Origin: Alphaproteobacteria bacterium
GTDB lineage: Bacteria > Pseudomonadota > Alphaproteobacteria > SP197
Length of the DNA stretch: 64,000 bases
NCBI GenBank assembly: GCA_965228895.1
Contig: OZ245842.1
Span: forward strand, 704,001-768,000
Reading direction: 5' to 3'
Shown here: in pieces, positions 1 to 12,848 of the stretch
Layout: each line of letters starts with the position of its first letter
How positions within the stretch are numbered: position 1 is the stretch's first letter
The notes under the pieces: generated by a model
Databases searched by the model: none
What the model saw: only the letters and a program-made list of their open reading frames with translations
What the model was told of the DNA's origin: nothing
Program-made: the position numbers and the translations under genes

Positions 1-579
1 ATCGGCCTTGCCGTTTATGCGCGCGTTGCGGCTGCGGAGCGGGTGCCGGTTCAGCATGCCCTGGATGTCGGCGCCGACGGCGTGATCCTGCCGCAAATTC
101 AAAATGTCGCCCATGCGCGGGAAGTCACGGCCTATGCCAAGTACCCGCCGGCCGGTACGCGCGGCATGGGGTTCAGCCGCATTCAGGGCTATGCCGGTGT
201 CGGCGACGACTTTGCGCCTTCAGAGAACAAACGAACCTTGTGCTTTCCGATGATCGAGACCCCCGGCGCGCTCGCCGACTGCGAGGCGATTGCCGGGCTC
301 GATACGGTCGATGGTTTGTTCGTTGGACCAAGCGATCTTGGCATGACACGCGGCCGCGGCCAGGATCAGTGGAGCCAGGAAGGCATCGACGACATCCGCA
401 AGGCCGCTGACGCGGCGAAGAAGGCCGGCAAGCGGTTCGCGACGACCGGTGCGGAATCCCAGGTGGCTCGCGCCTTCGGTGACGAGGTCGGCGCGGACTT
501 CATGTCCGCCGGTGACGACCTCTCGGCGCTCGTCATTGGCTTCGAAGGGCTCATCACGATGGCGCGCGAGCCCGCGTAG
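1..579 (+). CDS. HpcH/HpaI aldolase family protein (5' part lies outside window)
   Basis: LDVGADGVILPQI, YPPAGTRG, MIET, LFVGPSDL motifs; frame open to window start. Confidence 0.85.
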   Translation: MGLAVYARVAAAERVPVQHALDVGADGVILPQIQNVAHAREVTAYAKYPPAGTRGMGFSRIQGYAGVGDDFAPSENKRTLCFPMIETPGALADCEAIAGLDTVDGLFVGPSDLGMTRGRGQDQWSQEGIDDIRKAADAAKKAGKRFATTGAESQVARAFGDEVGADFMSAGDDLSALVIGFEGLITMAREPA

Positions 580-635
580 CGGGGATAGGGCCCGCCATCG
601 TGACGGACCATGTTGTCTCATGGCCCGTTGCGCGG

Positions 636-2324
636 TCATCCCCCTCTGTGCTTGAAACTGTCGCGCCGGAAGCTATAGAGCGCCGCCGGGTCGACCGCGA
701 CATCGACAACCGCCGGTTTGCCGCATTGAAGCGCCGCCTCGACGGCCTCGCCCAACTCGCCGATGCGTTCGACACGAAAACCCGCTGCGCCATAAAGTTC
801 GGCTGCCTTGTCGAAGGGCGGGCTGCTGACGTCGGCGCCGATATAGCGTTCGCCGAAGAAGTCGCGCTGATACGCTTTCTCCGCGCCCCAGCACTTGTTG
901 TTCATAACGACGGTGACCGTGTTGATGCCATGGTCGACGGCGGTGCTGAGTTCGGAGATGGTCATGCCGAAACCGCCATCGCCCATCAGGCTGACGACCG
1001 GCCGCTCGGGGCGGCCGATTTTGATGCCGAGACCACAGGCGAATGAAAAGCCGACCAGGCCGAAGTCGAGCGGCGTGAAGAGGCTCGGCGGCTCCCAGTA
1101 GTTCAAGGCGTCCGTTGCCTGCAGGCAGAGCGTGCCGGCATCCAGCGTGATCGCGGCATCGCGCGGCAGGACGTCGCGCAGGACCTTGAAGAGGCCGGAC
1201 GGTTGGATCGGATGGGCATCGGTCGCCGCGTCGGCGTCCCGTTTTTTCAGGTAGGCCGCGCGCTCACTCGCGAACTGTTTTGTCCACGCTTCGACTTCCG
1301 CGCGCTTTGCCTGGTTGGCGACGGCGTCGCGCAACTGCAGCGCCGCCGTCGGTGCGTCCGCCCAGATACCGACGGCAACCGGGAAGTAGCGGCCTATGGC
1401 GGTCGGCTCCAGCTCAGTCTGGATGATCGCCGCCTTCTCGTTGATGTTGTCGTACGAATAGAACGTCGAGTTGAAACCCAGCCGTGTGCCAAGCGCCAGG
1501 ATGACATCCGCTTCCTTGGCCAGCCGTGACGCGACAGGATTGCCGCGCGGCCCCATCTGGCCGGCATTCAACGGATGGCCGAAGGGAATGGCGTCGCCAT
1601 GGCCGGGTGCGGTGACAACCGGCGCATTCAAAGCCTCGGCGAGCTCGAGGGCTTCGGCGTGACCGCCGGTATTCTTGATGCCGCCGCCGGCGACGATGAC
1701 CGGCCGTTCCGCGCCGCGCATCAGGTCGGCCGCCTGCTGGATCGCTTCTGCCGCGCCGGCGGGCACATGATGCGAGCGGTATGATGCGGGATCCTGGAAG
1801 GGCGGAAAGTCAGCAGTCGCCGACAACACGTCGCGCGGCAGGTTGAGCTGCACGGGGCCACGCCGGGGCGTCATGGCGACACGAAAGGCCTCGCGAAACA
1901 TCTCGGGCACGCGGTCCACCTGGGTCGCCGTCCAGGTCTTCTTGGTGACCGGGGTGAACAGCGCCTGCTGGTCGACCTCCTGAAAGGCATCGCGGTAGAC
2001 GTGGCCGGAAGAGAGCGATCCGGCGATCGAGACGACCGGCGAAAAAGCCGCGGCGGCTTGGCCCAGGCCCGTGACCAGATTGGTTGCGCCCGGGCCGTTC
2101 TGCCCGGCCAGGATGACGCCCGCCCGCCCCGTCGCGCGCGCATAACCGTCGGCCATGTGGGTGCCGGTGCGTTCGTCATGCACCCCAATGAAACTGATCT
2201 CCGGTGCATCGTAGAGCGCATCGAAAATCTCCATGGTCGCCGAGCCGATCAGGCCGAACACGTGCTCGACCTTTTCGGCCTTCAGCGCTTCGACGGCGGC
2301 TTGGCCGCCAGACAGTTTCTTCAT
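636..2324 (-). CDS. Thiamine-diphosphate-dependent enzyme (acetolactate synthase / sulfoacetaldehyde acetyltransferase-like)
   Basis: Start MKKLSGGQA (ATG 2324); VHDE catalytic Glu, GQNGPGATN, GDGGF...NN ThDP motif. Confidence 0.9.
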   Translation of the reverse strand: MKKLSGGQAAVEALKAEKVEHVFGLIGSATMEIFDALYDAPEISFIGVHDERTGTHMADGYARATGRAGVILAGQNGPGATNLVTGLGQAAAAFSPVVSIAGSLSSGHVYRDAFQEVDQQALFTPVTKKTWTATQVDRVPEMFREAFRVAMTPRRGPVQLNLPRDVLSATADFPPFQDPASYRSHHVPAGAAEAIQQAADLMRGAERPVIVAGGGIKNTGGHAEALELAEALNAPVVTAPGHGDAIPFGHPLNAGQMGPRGNPVASRLAKEADVILALGTRLGFNSTFYSYDNINEKAAIIQTELEPTAIGRYFPVAVGIWADAPTAALQLRDAVANQAKRAEVEAWTKQFASERAAYLKKRDADAATDAHPIQPSGLFKVLRDVLPRDAAITLDAGTLCLQATDALNYWEPPSLFTPLDFGLVGFSFACGLGIKIGRPERPVVSLMGDGGFGMTISELSTAVDHGINTVTVVMNNKCWGAEKAYQRDFFGERYIGADVSSPPFDKAAELYGAAGFRVERIGELGEAVEAALQCGKPAVVDVAVDPAALYSFRRDSFKHRGG

Positions 2325-2358
2325 GCCGGTCTTCCTTATCACGAACGGGGGCGGTGCA

Positions 2359-3156
2359 TCAGGACAGTGTCTCGCCCAGGAACCGCAAAATGGGATCGGT
2401 AAAAAGCTCGGGCTCCTCGGCAAGCCCCATGTGCTGGAGGTGCGGCACGATGACGGTCTGTGCGCCTGCAATTTCGCCCGCGATCGCGTACGACATGGCC
2501 GGTGTGCTGCCGGTGTCGTTCTCGGTGGTGATGACGAGCGTGGGCGCGGTAATCGGTGGGTCCGGTCGGATCAGCTCGATCACACCCTGGGCCAGCACCT
2601 GGCGGGCCTGGGCGTAGACGTCCGCGTCATTGGCCAGGATCCATTGCCGGGCAAGCGCGATAATCTCCGGCTGTTTTTCGCGAAAGCCGGGCGTGAACCA
2701 ACGCGCGATCGACGTGTCGAGATTGGCCGCCGGACCGCCGGCGGCCGTGTCGGCGGCGCGGTCCTCGACCAGCTTTTGCGCTTCAGGGCTGCGCTCGTGG
2801 GGCGAGTTGAGGATGGCAAGCGCAGAGGCCCGATCGGGATAATCCATGACGAAGCGCCGGTTGATCATGCCGCCGAGCGAATAGCCGACGACAGCCGCCT
2901 TGCCGATACCCAGGTGGTCGAGCAGAGCGCGCAGCTGACTTGCAAACACCGGTAAGGAAAGCACGGCGCCGGCCCGCGCACTTTCGCCATGGCCACAGAG
3001 GTCATAGCTGATCACGCGGTAGCGTTCTGCCAGCGCCGGAAGGTGCCATTGCCACATGTGTCGGTTCATGCCGAGACCGTGGATCAGCACAACGACCGGT
3101 TTGGTCTGAGGACCATCAATGCTGAAAGCGGTCCCGTCGTTGGTGCGTCCGGTCAT
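2359..3156 (-). CDS. Alpha/beta hydrolase (PcaD/TgnD-like)
   Basis: LIHGLG, YDLCGHGES, GYSLGG nucleophile elbow, D and H of the triad near the C-terminus. Confidence 0.85.
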   Translation of the reverse strand: MTGRTNDGTAFSIDGPQTKPVVVLIHGLGMNRHMWQWHLPALAERYRVISYDLCGHGESARAGAVLSLPVFASQLRALLDHLGIGKAAVVGYSLGGMINRRFVMDYPDRASALAILNSPHERSPEAQKLVEDRAADTAAGGPAANLDTSIARWFTPGFREKQPEIIALARQWILANDADVYAQARQVLAQGVIELIRPDPPITAPTLVITTENDTGSTPAMSYAIAGEIAGAQTVIVPHLQHMGLAEEPELFTDPILRFLGETLS

Positions 3157-3187
3157 CGTGTTCTTTCTGCCCTATCCGCTTCGGCGA

Positions 3188-4225
3188 TCAGGCGAAGGCG
3201 GGGATGACCTCGGAACAGAAGAGCTCGAGCGAGCGTTTTTGTTCCTTCAGGCCAAGACCCATGCTGGCGTAGTAGACAAACTCGTCGACGCCCAGGTCCT
3301 CATAGCGCTTCAGCTTGGCGATCACCTCGTCCGGCGTGCCGAACATCAGGTTCTCGCTGAGCATCTTGGGATCGTATTCGTCACGGTTGCCCAGCTCGTC
3401 GAACGGGATCGACTTGGGGAAACCATCGTCGACGTCACCGAGATTCTTGAACAGGTTCTCGAACTGACTGAGTTGCCGCTGTGCTGCTTTTACGGGTACT
3501 TCCCACTCGTCCTTGCTGTCGTAGACGGCGGTATGGCGCATCATCGCGAAGATCGGCCGGGTAGCGCCCGGATGGGCATCCATCGCTTCGTCGAGGCGGG
3601 ATTTGTAAAGCTCGGCCTCCGAGAACGGACGGGTGAGTGGCCACGACACGATGTGGCAACCGTGCTTGACCGCGTAGTCATAGGTGATCGGCGCGCGCGC
3701 CGCGACCCAGATCGGCGGATGCGGCTTTTGCAACGGCTTTGGCACCGAGGTCGATGTCGGGAACGTCCAGAATTCGCCGTCGTGTTCGTAGTCGCCGGCC
3801 CACAGCGCCTTCAATGCCGGTAGCATTTCGTGCATGTAGCGCCAGCCGTCGGTCTGTTTGAGGCCTGGCTGCATGCGGTCGAATTCGCGCTGATAGGCGC
3901 CCGAACCGATGCCGAACTCCAGCCGGCCGCCGCTGATCAGATCGACAAAGGCGGCCTCTCCCGCCAGCTCGATGGGATGCCAATAGGGCGCGACGACAAC
4001 CGCTGTGCCCAGCCGGATACGGTCCGTGTGATCGGCCCACCAGGTCAGGATCGTGAACGGATTGGGCGCGATGGTCATTTCCAGCGCGTGGTGCTCGGCC
4101 GCCCAGGCAATGTTGAAGCCGCCCTGATCGGCCATCTGGACCATTTCGAGCGTATGGCGCGCAACCTCGGCCATGTCCTGGCTGTCGTCCATGCGTTCCA
4201 TGTTGATGGCGATCTGAAATTTCAT
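3188..4225 (-). CDS. Luciferase-like (LLM) flavin-dependent monooxygenase, TgnB-like
   Basis: WAAEHH, TIAPNPF, WHPIELAGEAA, PKPLQKPHPPIWVAA; resembles trigonelline monooxygenase TgnB from recall. Confidence 0.85.
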   Translation of the reverse strand: MKFQIAINMERMDDSQDMAEVARHTLEMVQMADQGGFNIAWAAEHHALEMTIAPNPFTILTWWADHTDRIRLGTAVVVAPYWHPIELAGEAAFVDLISGGRLEFGIGSGAYQREFDRMQPGLKQTDGWRYMHEMLPALKALWAGDYEHDGEFWTFPTSTSVPKPLQKPHPPIWVAARAPITYDYAVKHGCHIVSWPLTRPFSEAELYKSRLDEAMDAHPGATRPIFAMMRHTAVYDSKDEWEVPVKAAQRQLSQFENLFKNLGDVDDGFPKSIPFDELGNRDEYDPKMLSENLMFGTPDEVIAKLKRYEDLGVDEFVYYASMGLGLKEQKRSLELFCSEVIPAFA

Positions 4226-4333
4226 GGCGTTCCCTTTCTCCCTAACAAGGCTCGACTTGGCGTCGAACCGCTCTAGCCTCCGGCGCGACCTTTGACCAGC
4301 CCTTCCGCGCGATCACGGTGCCGACGAACCCCA

Positions 4334-5815
4334 TCACCGTGCAACAAACTGGCTGCCGAGCGGCTCATCGGACGTGTTCATCCACACGGTCTTGGGCCGG
4401 GTGTAGTCGTGCATGGCCTGCAGCCCGCTTTCGCGGCCATAGCCTGAACCTTTGACGCCGCCGAACTCGGCGATGGGCGAGACCGCACGGTAGGTGTTGA
4501 CCCAGACAATGCCGGCTTTGACGGCGCGCGCCATCCTGAGCGATCGCGCGCTGTCGCGGGTAAAAATGCCGGCGGCCAGGCCGTGTTTGGTGTCGTTGGC
4601 CAGGCGGATGACATCGGCTTCGTCCTTGAACCGAAGGACACTCAAGACCGGCCCAAAGAGCTCAGTATCGACGATCCGCAAGTCCTGGCGCGGGCAGGCG
4701 ATGATCGTCGGTTCGTAATACAGGCCTTCCAGACCTTGGGGACGCTTGCCGCCGCACAGGAGCTCTCCGCCTTCGATCTGTGCCTGGGCGACCTCTCGCT
4801 CGATCATGTCGAGCTGCGCTTGGGTGCAAATCGGACCCATCTGCGTTTCGTCGGCCAGCGGGTCGCCGATCACAATTCGACCAGCCTGCGCGACCATGCG
4901 TTCAAGGAAGGTGTCGGCAATGCCTTCCTGCAAGTAGAGCCTGGAGCCGGCCACGCAGCTCTGGCCCGCTGCGCCGAAGATGCCGGATATGGCGCCGTTG
5001 ACCGCGCTTTCCAGGTTGACGTCATCGAACACGATGAAGGGCGACTTGCCGCCCAGTTCCAACGACACCTCGGCAAAGTTGTTGGTCGAGTTGTGGAGGA
5101 CATGCTGGGCGGCGATCGGGCCGCCGGTGAACGAGATGCGTGCGACCAGCGGATGTGAGGTGAGCACCCGGCCGCAGGGATCGCCATGGCCGGTCACGAT
5201 GTTGACGACGCCGGGCGGGATGCCCGCCTGGTCGATCAAACGGCCGAACGTCAGCATTGCCGCCGACGCATGCTCCGATGCCTTCAGCACGATCGTGTTG
5301 CCGGCGGCGAGTGCCGGACCAATCTTGACCGCGCTCAGAAAGAGCTGCGAGTTCCATGGCACCACCGCCGCGACGACTCCGAGCGGCTCGCGGTCGGTGA
5401 AGACGAACATGTCGGGCTTGTCGATGGGCAGCGTTTCGCCGCTCACCTTGTCGGCGCAGCCGGCGTAGAAATGAAAGAACTCGGCGATGTACTGAGCCTG
5501 CCAGCGGGTTTCCTTGAACAGCTTGCCGGTATCGATGGCCTCGATCCGTCCGAGCTCTTCGGACGTCTCCGCCAACAGATCGGCCAGGCGGCGCAGGCAG
5601 TGGCCGCGCTGGGTCGGGGTCATGGTTGCCCATGGTCCGTCGTTGAAGGCGCGATCGGCGGCGCGCACCGCGCGGTCGACATCGTCGGCGGTCGCCTCGG
5701 GAACCCTTGACCAGATTTCGCCAGTCGCCGGGTTGATGCTGTCGAACGCCGCGCCGTCGGACGCGTCCACCCACACACCATCGATCAGCATCTGAAAGGC
5801 CTGAACATCGGCCAT
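4334..5815 (-). CDS. Aldehyde dehydrogenase (TgnC-like)
   Basis: PWNSQL, FTGG, LELGGKSP, AGQSCVAG, ELFGPV; GGAGG RBS before ATG 5815. Confidence 0.92.
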   Translation of the reverse strand: MADVQAFQMLIDGVWVDASDGAAFDSINPATGEIWSRVPEATADDVDRAVRAADRAFNDGPWATMTPTQRGHCLRRLADLLAETSEELGRIEAIDTGKLFKETRWQAQYIAEFFHFYAGCADKVSGETLPIDKPDMFVFTDREPLGVVAAVVPWNSQLFLSAVKIGPALAAGNTIVLKASEHASAAMLTFGRLIDQAGIPPGVVNIVTGHGDPCGRVLTSHPLVARISFTGGPIAAQHVLHNSTNNFAEVSLELGGKSPFIVFDDVNLESAVNGAISGIFGAAGQSCVAGSRLYLQEGIADTFLERMVAQAGRIVIGDPLADETQMGPICTQAQLDMIEREVAQAQIEGGELLCGGKRPQGLEGLYYEPTIIACPRQDLRIVDTELFGPVLSVLRFKDEADVIRLANDTKHGLAAGIFTRDSARSLRMARAVKAGIVWVNTYRAVSPIAEFGGVKGSGYGRESGLQAMHDYTRPKTVWMNTSDEPLGSQFVAR

Positions 5816-5901
5816 GGAAGCGTCCTCCGCCACGATTCGCCTGTGGCGGCAATCTGGCGGGAACTCATAGTTTTGTGAAACGAAATATATTGTATATTTA
5901 G

Positions 5902-5916
5902 TTCGATAAAGTCGAA
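5902..5916. promoter_or_regulatory. Putative LysR-binding site (T-N11-A dyad)
   Basis: TTCGA-TAAAG-TCGAA dyad in the AT-rich gap between divergent ALDH and LysR genes. Confidence 0.5.
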
Positions 5917-5933
5917 TTCTCGGAGGTGGATCG

Positions 5934-6770
5934 ATGAATATGACGGGGCTTCAAACGTTTCTCGCGATTGTCGAAACCGGGAGCCTGGTCCGCGCGTCCG
6001 AGCAGCTGAACGTCGCCCAATCGACCGTGACCGCAAGGTTGAATGCGCTGGAAGCCGATCTGGGTCAAAGCCTATTGCATCGTCAAAAGTCCGGCGCGGC
6101 GCTGACCGCATCCGGCGTCAAATTCAAGCGCTACGCGGAGGTGATGACGGAGCTTTGGCGCCAGGCGCGCCAGGAAACGTCGCTGCCGGCCGGCATTGAG
6201 ACCGTCTGCAACATCGGCTGCGACATGGATCTGTGGCCGGTGCTGGGCCGCCGGTTCTTTGGCGACATCGTCGACGGTCATCCGGAAACGGCTCTATCCG
6301 TCCTACCCGGCGGTCCGGCGGATCTCGACCGATGGCTTGGCACCGGTTTGGTTGACGCAGTACTCAGCTATCAACCGACCGCGCGCGAGAACCAGACGGT
6401 TGTCGCGCTGCGCAACGAGCGTCTGGTCCTGGTGTCGACAAGGCCCGACAGCCCGATCCGCTTCGACCCCGGCTATGTCTATGTCGACGCGGGCGAGGAT
6501 TTTGGCCGCCGTCATGCGGCAGCCTACGCCGATGCCGACACCGCCACGATCAGTTTCGGCTGCGCGGTTTGGGCGCTCGACCATCTGTTGGAGCACGGTG
6601 GATCAGCCTATCTGCCTGAAAGCCTCGCTGCATCAGACCTCGCCGTCGGCAGGCTGCACCTTATCGACGGCGCGCCGGTCTTTTCGCGCACCGCCTACCT
6701 CATCACCAACGATGCGGCCGCCGCCGACTGGCCCTGGTTGCCAGCGCTTGTCGATCGGCTCTCGGCGTAG
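5934..6770 (+). CDS. LysR family regulator, divergent from the ALDH/LLM operon
   Basis: N-terminal HTH LQTFLAIVETGSLVRASEQLNVAQSTVT. Confidence 0.92.
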   Translation: MNMTGLQTFLAIVETGSLVRASEQLNVAQSTVTARLNALEADLGQSLLHRQKSGAALTASGVKFKRYAEVMTELWRQARQETSLPAGIETVCNIGCDMDLWPVLGRRFFGDIVDGHPETALSVLPGGPADLDRWLGTGLVDAVLSYQPTARENQTVVALRNERLVLVSTRPDSPIRFDPGYVYVDAGEDFGRRHAAAYADADTATISFGCAVWALDHLLEHGGSAYLPESLAASDLAVGRLHLIDGAPVFSRTAYLITNDAAAADWPWLPALVDRLSA

Positions 6771-6789
6771 GCCGTGAATTCGCCTGCGG

Positions 6790-8136
6790 TCAGACCATGC
6801 TTTTGACGTCCGCCGAGAAGGTCGGGAAGGCGTAGATCTGATCGCGCAGATCGGCGGCCGGAATGCCGTGGCGCATGGCGAGCGCGAAGAGGTGGATCAG
6901 CTCCTCGGCCTGATGACCGACCAGATGAGCGCCGACGATGCAGTCGCTCTCCGCATCGACCAGGGTCTTGGCGAAGGCGACCGTTTCGGCATAGGTGCGC
7001 CCGGAGAACCATTCGGTCATGTCCGACGTCACCACCTTGACATTGATGTCGCGTTCACGGGCTTGCTCTTCGGTCAGGCCGACGCTGCTCAGCGCCGGCA
7101 CCGTATAGACACTGCTCGGGATGGCATCGTAGTCGGGTTTCGTGGTCGGGCCGTTGACGATGTTGTTGCCGACGATCCGCCCTTCGTAGGTTGCGACGGG
7201 CGAAAGTTGGGCGGAGTGAACGAGCGCGTCGCCCGCCACCCACACCGCGGGATTGGAGATCGAGCGCAAGTAGTCGTCGACCTCGACGCGGATGCCGTCA
7301 TGGGCGATCCCAGCCACTTCCAGATCAAGCGCATCGACATTGGCGACCCGGCCCGCGCCGTTGACGACGCGCGTCGCTGTCTGCTGATGGGCTTTGCCGC
7401 CGTGTTCGTAGTCGACGCGGAGCTGGCCGCCGGCCTCGCTGATCTTCTGCACCGAGACGCCGGTCTTGACCGTGACGCCTAACCGTTCCGTCTCCGCCCG
7501 GATCGCGTCGACCGCATCGTGGTCGAGGCGCGGCAAGAGTCTTGGCAGCGCTTCCAGGATTGTGACTTTTGCGCCGGCACGCGCATAGACGTGACTGAAC
7601 TCCATGGCGATGACGCCGCCGCCGATAAAGATGACGGACTCAGGCATGGTTGTTTCCGACAACACCTCATCGGAGGTGATCATCAGTTCGGCGCCGGGGA
7701 TCGGCAGGGATCGGGGTTTCGAGCCTGTCGCGATGACGATGCTCTCGCCCTCGATCGTGCGGCCGTCGACATCGATTGTGTTGGGACCGGTGAAGCGGGC
7801 GTTGCCGGTGATGGCGGTGCCGCGCTGCTCCGCCAGCTTGCGCATGCTGCCCGGGATCGGCGCGATCAGGTCCTTTTCGCGGTCGATCATCGCCGCCCAA
7901 TCCAGACGTGGCTCACCGACGGTGATGCCGTGGGCCTTTGCCCGCTCGATTTCGTCGAGGCTATGGGCGGCGGCAACCAGCACCTTTTTGGGCGTACAAC
8001 CACGATTGGGACAGGTGCCGCCGAAGTCGCGGTCTTCGATCAAGGCAAGGCTCTTGCCGGCGCTGTGCACCATGCTCGATACACCGAACCCGGCATTGCC
8101 GGCGCCCAGGATGACAACATCAAACTTTTCGGTCAT
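6790..8136 (-). CDS. Class I pyridine nucleotide-disulfide oxidoreductase (glutathione reductase-like)
   Basis: GAGNAG, GGTCPNRGC redox disulfide, GGGVIA NADP fold, AGD. Confidence 0.9.
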   Translation of the reverse strand: MTEKFDVVILGAGNAGFGVSSMVHSAGKSLALIEDRDFGGTCPNRGCTPKKVLVAAAHSLDEIERAKAHGITVGEPRLDWAAMIDREKDLIAPIPGSMRKLAEQRGTAITGNARFTGPNTIDVDGRTIEGESIVIATGSKPRSLPIPGAELMITSDEVLSETTMPESVIFIGGGVIAMEFSHVYARAGAKVTILEALPRLLPRLDHDAVDAIRAETERLGVTVKTGVSVQKISEAGGQLRVDYEHGGKAHQQTATRVVNGAGRVANVDALDLEVAGIAHDGIRVEVDDYLRSISNPAVWVAGDALVHSAQLSPVATYEGRIVGNNIVNGPTTKPDYDAIPSSVYTVPALSSVGLTEEQARERDINVKVVTSDMTEWFSGRTYAETVAFAKTLVDAESDCIVGAHLVGHQAEELIHLFALAMRHGIPAADLRDQIYAFPTFSADVKSMV

Positions 8137-8187
8137 GGCTTCTTGCTCCAAGGGTCGACTGGTCGGATGCGCGGAAGGATCCGCGGG

Positions 8188-8652
8188 TTACAGGCCGAGG
8201 TCGGAAAGCCCCGGGTGATCGTCGGGACGTCGTCCGTCGGGCCAGAAGTACTTTCTGTCCTCATCGGTGATCGGCAGGTCGTTGATGCTGGCAATTCGCC
8301 GACGCATCAGGCCGGACTCATCGAACTCCCAGTTCTCGTTGCCGTAGGAACGGAACCACTGTCCGCCGTCGTCATGCCACTCATAGGCAAATCGCACGGC
8401 GATACGGTTGCCGCCGGTCGTCCACAGTTCCTTGATCAGGCGATAATCGAGCTCGCGTGCCCATTTTCGTTTTAAGAAGGCGATGATCGCGTCGCGGCCT
8501 TGCAGGAACTCCGCGCGGTTGCGCCATCGGCTGTCGACCGTGTAGGCCTGGGCAACCCGTTCGGGGTCGCGGCTGTTCCAGGCGTCCTCGGCAAGCCGCG
8601 CTTTCTGGGCTGCGGATTCCGTGTCAAACGGCGGAAGTGGTGGGTGGGTCAT
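8188..8652 (-). CDS. DUF1348 / NTF2-like (SnoaL-like) protein
   Basis: [38 protein letters not shown]. Confidence 0.9.
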   Translation of the reverse strand: MTHPPLPPFDTESAAQKARLAEDAWNSRDPERVAQAYTVDSRWRNRAEFLQGRDAIIAFLKRKWARELDYRLIKELWTTGGNRIAVRFAYEWHDDGGQWFRSYGNENWEFDESGLMRRRIASINDLPITDEDRKYFWPDGRRPDDHPGLSDLGL

Positions 8653-8655
8653 GAG

Positions 8656-9090
8656 CTAGTTCCCGGACGATGGTTGTTGATCCGCAAACCGAAAACCCGC
8701 TGATGCCGTCGTTAAGCCCGTCACGTGGCGGGCATCGGCTTGATTTGATTCGATTTCGAGACGGGCGATCATCGAGGGGTGGAACCGACAAAAATAGTCT
8801 TGGACCATGTCAGCTATGATGACTGTCTGCCACGTACCGCCGGTTTCGATTTCTCCAGAATCCCAACTTTCGTCATTCGATGTGACGGTGTGCGAGACGA
8901 TGTCATCATTGATCCAGACCACAACGTCGCCGACAGATAGGGTCGGGTTTTCGGGGGTAAACTCAAACCCCTGAATGTGAATAACAACGTGCTTACCCTC
9001 GGCAGGCCGTGCCACAGTCGCAGCAAGAAGTGAGATTATGGCGGCAAGCGCCGCCATAATCATCATCGTCGGAATCTGTCGCATTACCAT
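8656..9090 (-). CDS. Exported cupredoxin (amicyanin/plastocyanin-like)
   Basis: Signal peptide; WINDDIVSHTV and YFCRFHPSM give the type-1 Cu ligands H,C,H,M. Confidence 0.85.
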   Translation of the reverse strand: MVMRQIPTMMIMAALAAIISLLAATVARPAEGKHVVIHIQGFEFTPENPTLSVGDVVVWINDDIVSHTVTSNDESWDSGEIETGGTWQTVIIADMVQDYFCRFHPSMIARLEIESNQADARHVTGLTTASAGFRFADQQPSSGN

Positions 9091-9095
9091 CGGTT

Positions 9096-9650
9096 TCAGT
9101 TCTGCAAGGTCTCGACCATGTTCGCGGCGTGCATTTCATGGGCCTTGAAGATGACGAGAGCCTCTTCGAACAACGACCTAACTTCTGCATTCTCGATGTT
9201 CGGGATAAACGTTGTCTCAACAAGGCCGTTGACTGCTGTGTGATAGCTAAGTTCGTTTTCAGCATAACGACGGTCGAAGGTTTCGCCACTTAACTGTCTC
9301 AATTCGTTGACCAACTGGTCGGCCTGCTGGTTGAGCTGCTGGCTCAGAAAGTTGTCTTCGGGCGAAACGTCGAGCTTTGCCAATAAGGCAAGCGCCTTTT
9401 CGTTAACCGCCTCGTGGTCTCGGATCATCGTTTGTGCAAACTCGCGAATCGCTGGATTGTCGGAAAGAGCCAGGGCAAGGTGTGCATAGCGGATGTCGAT
9501 GGAATCGGCCGTGTAGGCAACATGCGCGATCTCCAAGTCATTAAGATCGGCGGGTGACTCGGCCAAGGCTGGGCTAACCAGCGTCGAAAGGGCGGACGCC
9601 ACGGCCACAAAGGCCACGTATGCCGAAGCGAGTATTGTATTCCTCAACAT
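9096..9650 (-). CDS. Exported DUF4142 ferritin-like protein
   Basis: AGGAG RBS before ATG 9650; signal peptide; FAQTMIRDH, FDRRYAENELSYH. Confidence 0.85.
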   Translation of the reverse strand: MLRNTILASAYVAFVAVASALSTLVSPALAESPADLNDLEIAHVAYTADSIDIRYAHLALALSDNPAIREFAQTMIRDHEAVNEKALALLAKLDVSPEDNFLSQQLNQQADQLVNELRQLSGETFDRRYAENELSYHTAVNGLVETTFIPNIENAEVRSLFEEALVIFKAHEMHAANMVETLQN

Positions 9651-9780
9651 GTCATTTTCTCCTTTGGTTCGGGTTGGTGCGACATAGGCTGCAGACAGCG
9701 AAAGTCCGCTATGCCGCCTACTGATGACGTGTGCGATGAGAGCAAACATCAAACTACGTGATGGCCCCGACGTCGGCGGA

Positions 9781-12278
<2,498 letters not shown>

Positions 12279-12299
12279 ATGCTTTCCTTCCGACCCCGG

Positions 12300-12704
12300 T
12301 CAGGCCGCGATGAACTCGACGCGAATGCCGCCGGGAATGGCGCACATCATGTGCTTGGCTGGACCGTCGCCCAGGGGTTCCGGTGCGAACTCCACAGCGA
12401 CGTCGTCATTGGCCTTGAGAGCGCCGTGGAGATCGTCGAGCGCATCGGGGCTTTCGACGCCGAGCGCCAAGTGGTGCAGGCCAATGACGTTCTTGCGGTC
12501 AAACGGCACAGCGGTCTGCGGATCGGCGGCTTGCCAGAGCGTGATCATGGTCGCGCCGTCGGTGAGAAAGACGGCCGGGTACGCGGGAACATCACCGACC
12601 TGCTGATAACCCAGCGTGTCGACAAAAAAGGCCCGCGTCTTGGCGAGGTCGGGGACGGTCAAACCGACATGATGGGCGCCCCGGGTACGTGCGGTATCTG
12701 ACAT
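12300..12704 (-). CDS. VOC/glyoxalase family protein
   Basis: HHVGLTV, GLHHLAL, PGGIRVEF. Confidence 0.88.
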   Translation of the reverse strand: MSDTARTRGAHHVGLTVPDLAKTRAFFVDTLGYQQVGDVPAYPAVFLTDGATMITLWQAADPQTAVPFDRKNVIGLHHLALGVESPDALDDLHGALKANDDVAVEFAPEPLGDGPAKHMMCAIPGGIRVEFIAA

Positions 12705-12823
12705 GATCTTTTCCCCTTGCTGAGTGGTGTCCGGCGTCCGTGCGGTGCTGAGACCGTTGGGGCGCCATGGAAGGCAGATTTATATTTTTGGTGATCAGAG
12801 AGAATGGATATAAAGTTAAAAAG

Positions 12824-12846
12824 ATTATTGCGAATAATGGAATAAT
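12824..12846. promoter_or_regulatory. Putative LysR operator abutting the LysR start
   Basis: ATTATTGCGAATAATGGAATAAT with ATTATT/AATAAT dyad and ATTnC-N7-GnAAT pattern in a divergent intergenic region. Confidence 0.5.
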
Positions 12847-12848
12847 AA

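Noticed and set aside
636-2324. Housekeeping ilvB/ilvI or bona fide xsc
   Set aside because: No small subunit, ilvC, pta or taurine genes adjacent, so a specific symbol is not supportable.
6790-8136. Mercuric reductase MerA
   Set aside because: No C-terminal Cys-Cys pair, no NmerA domain and no mer genes.
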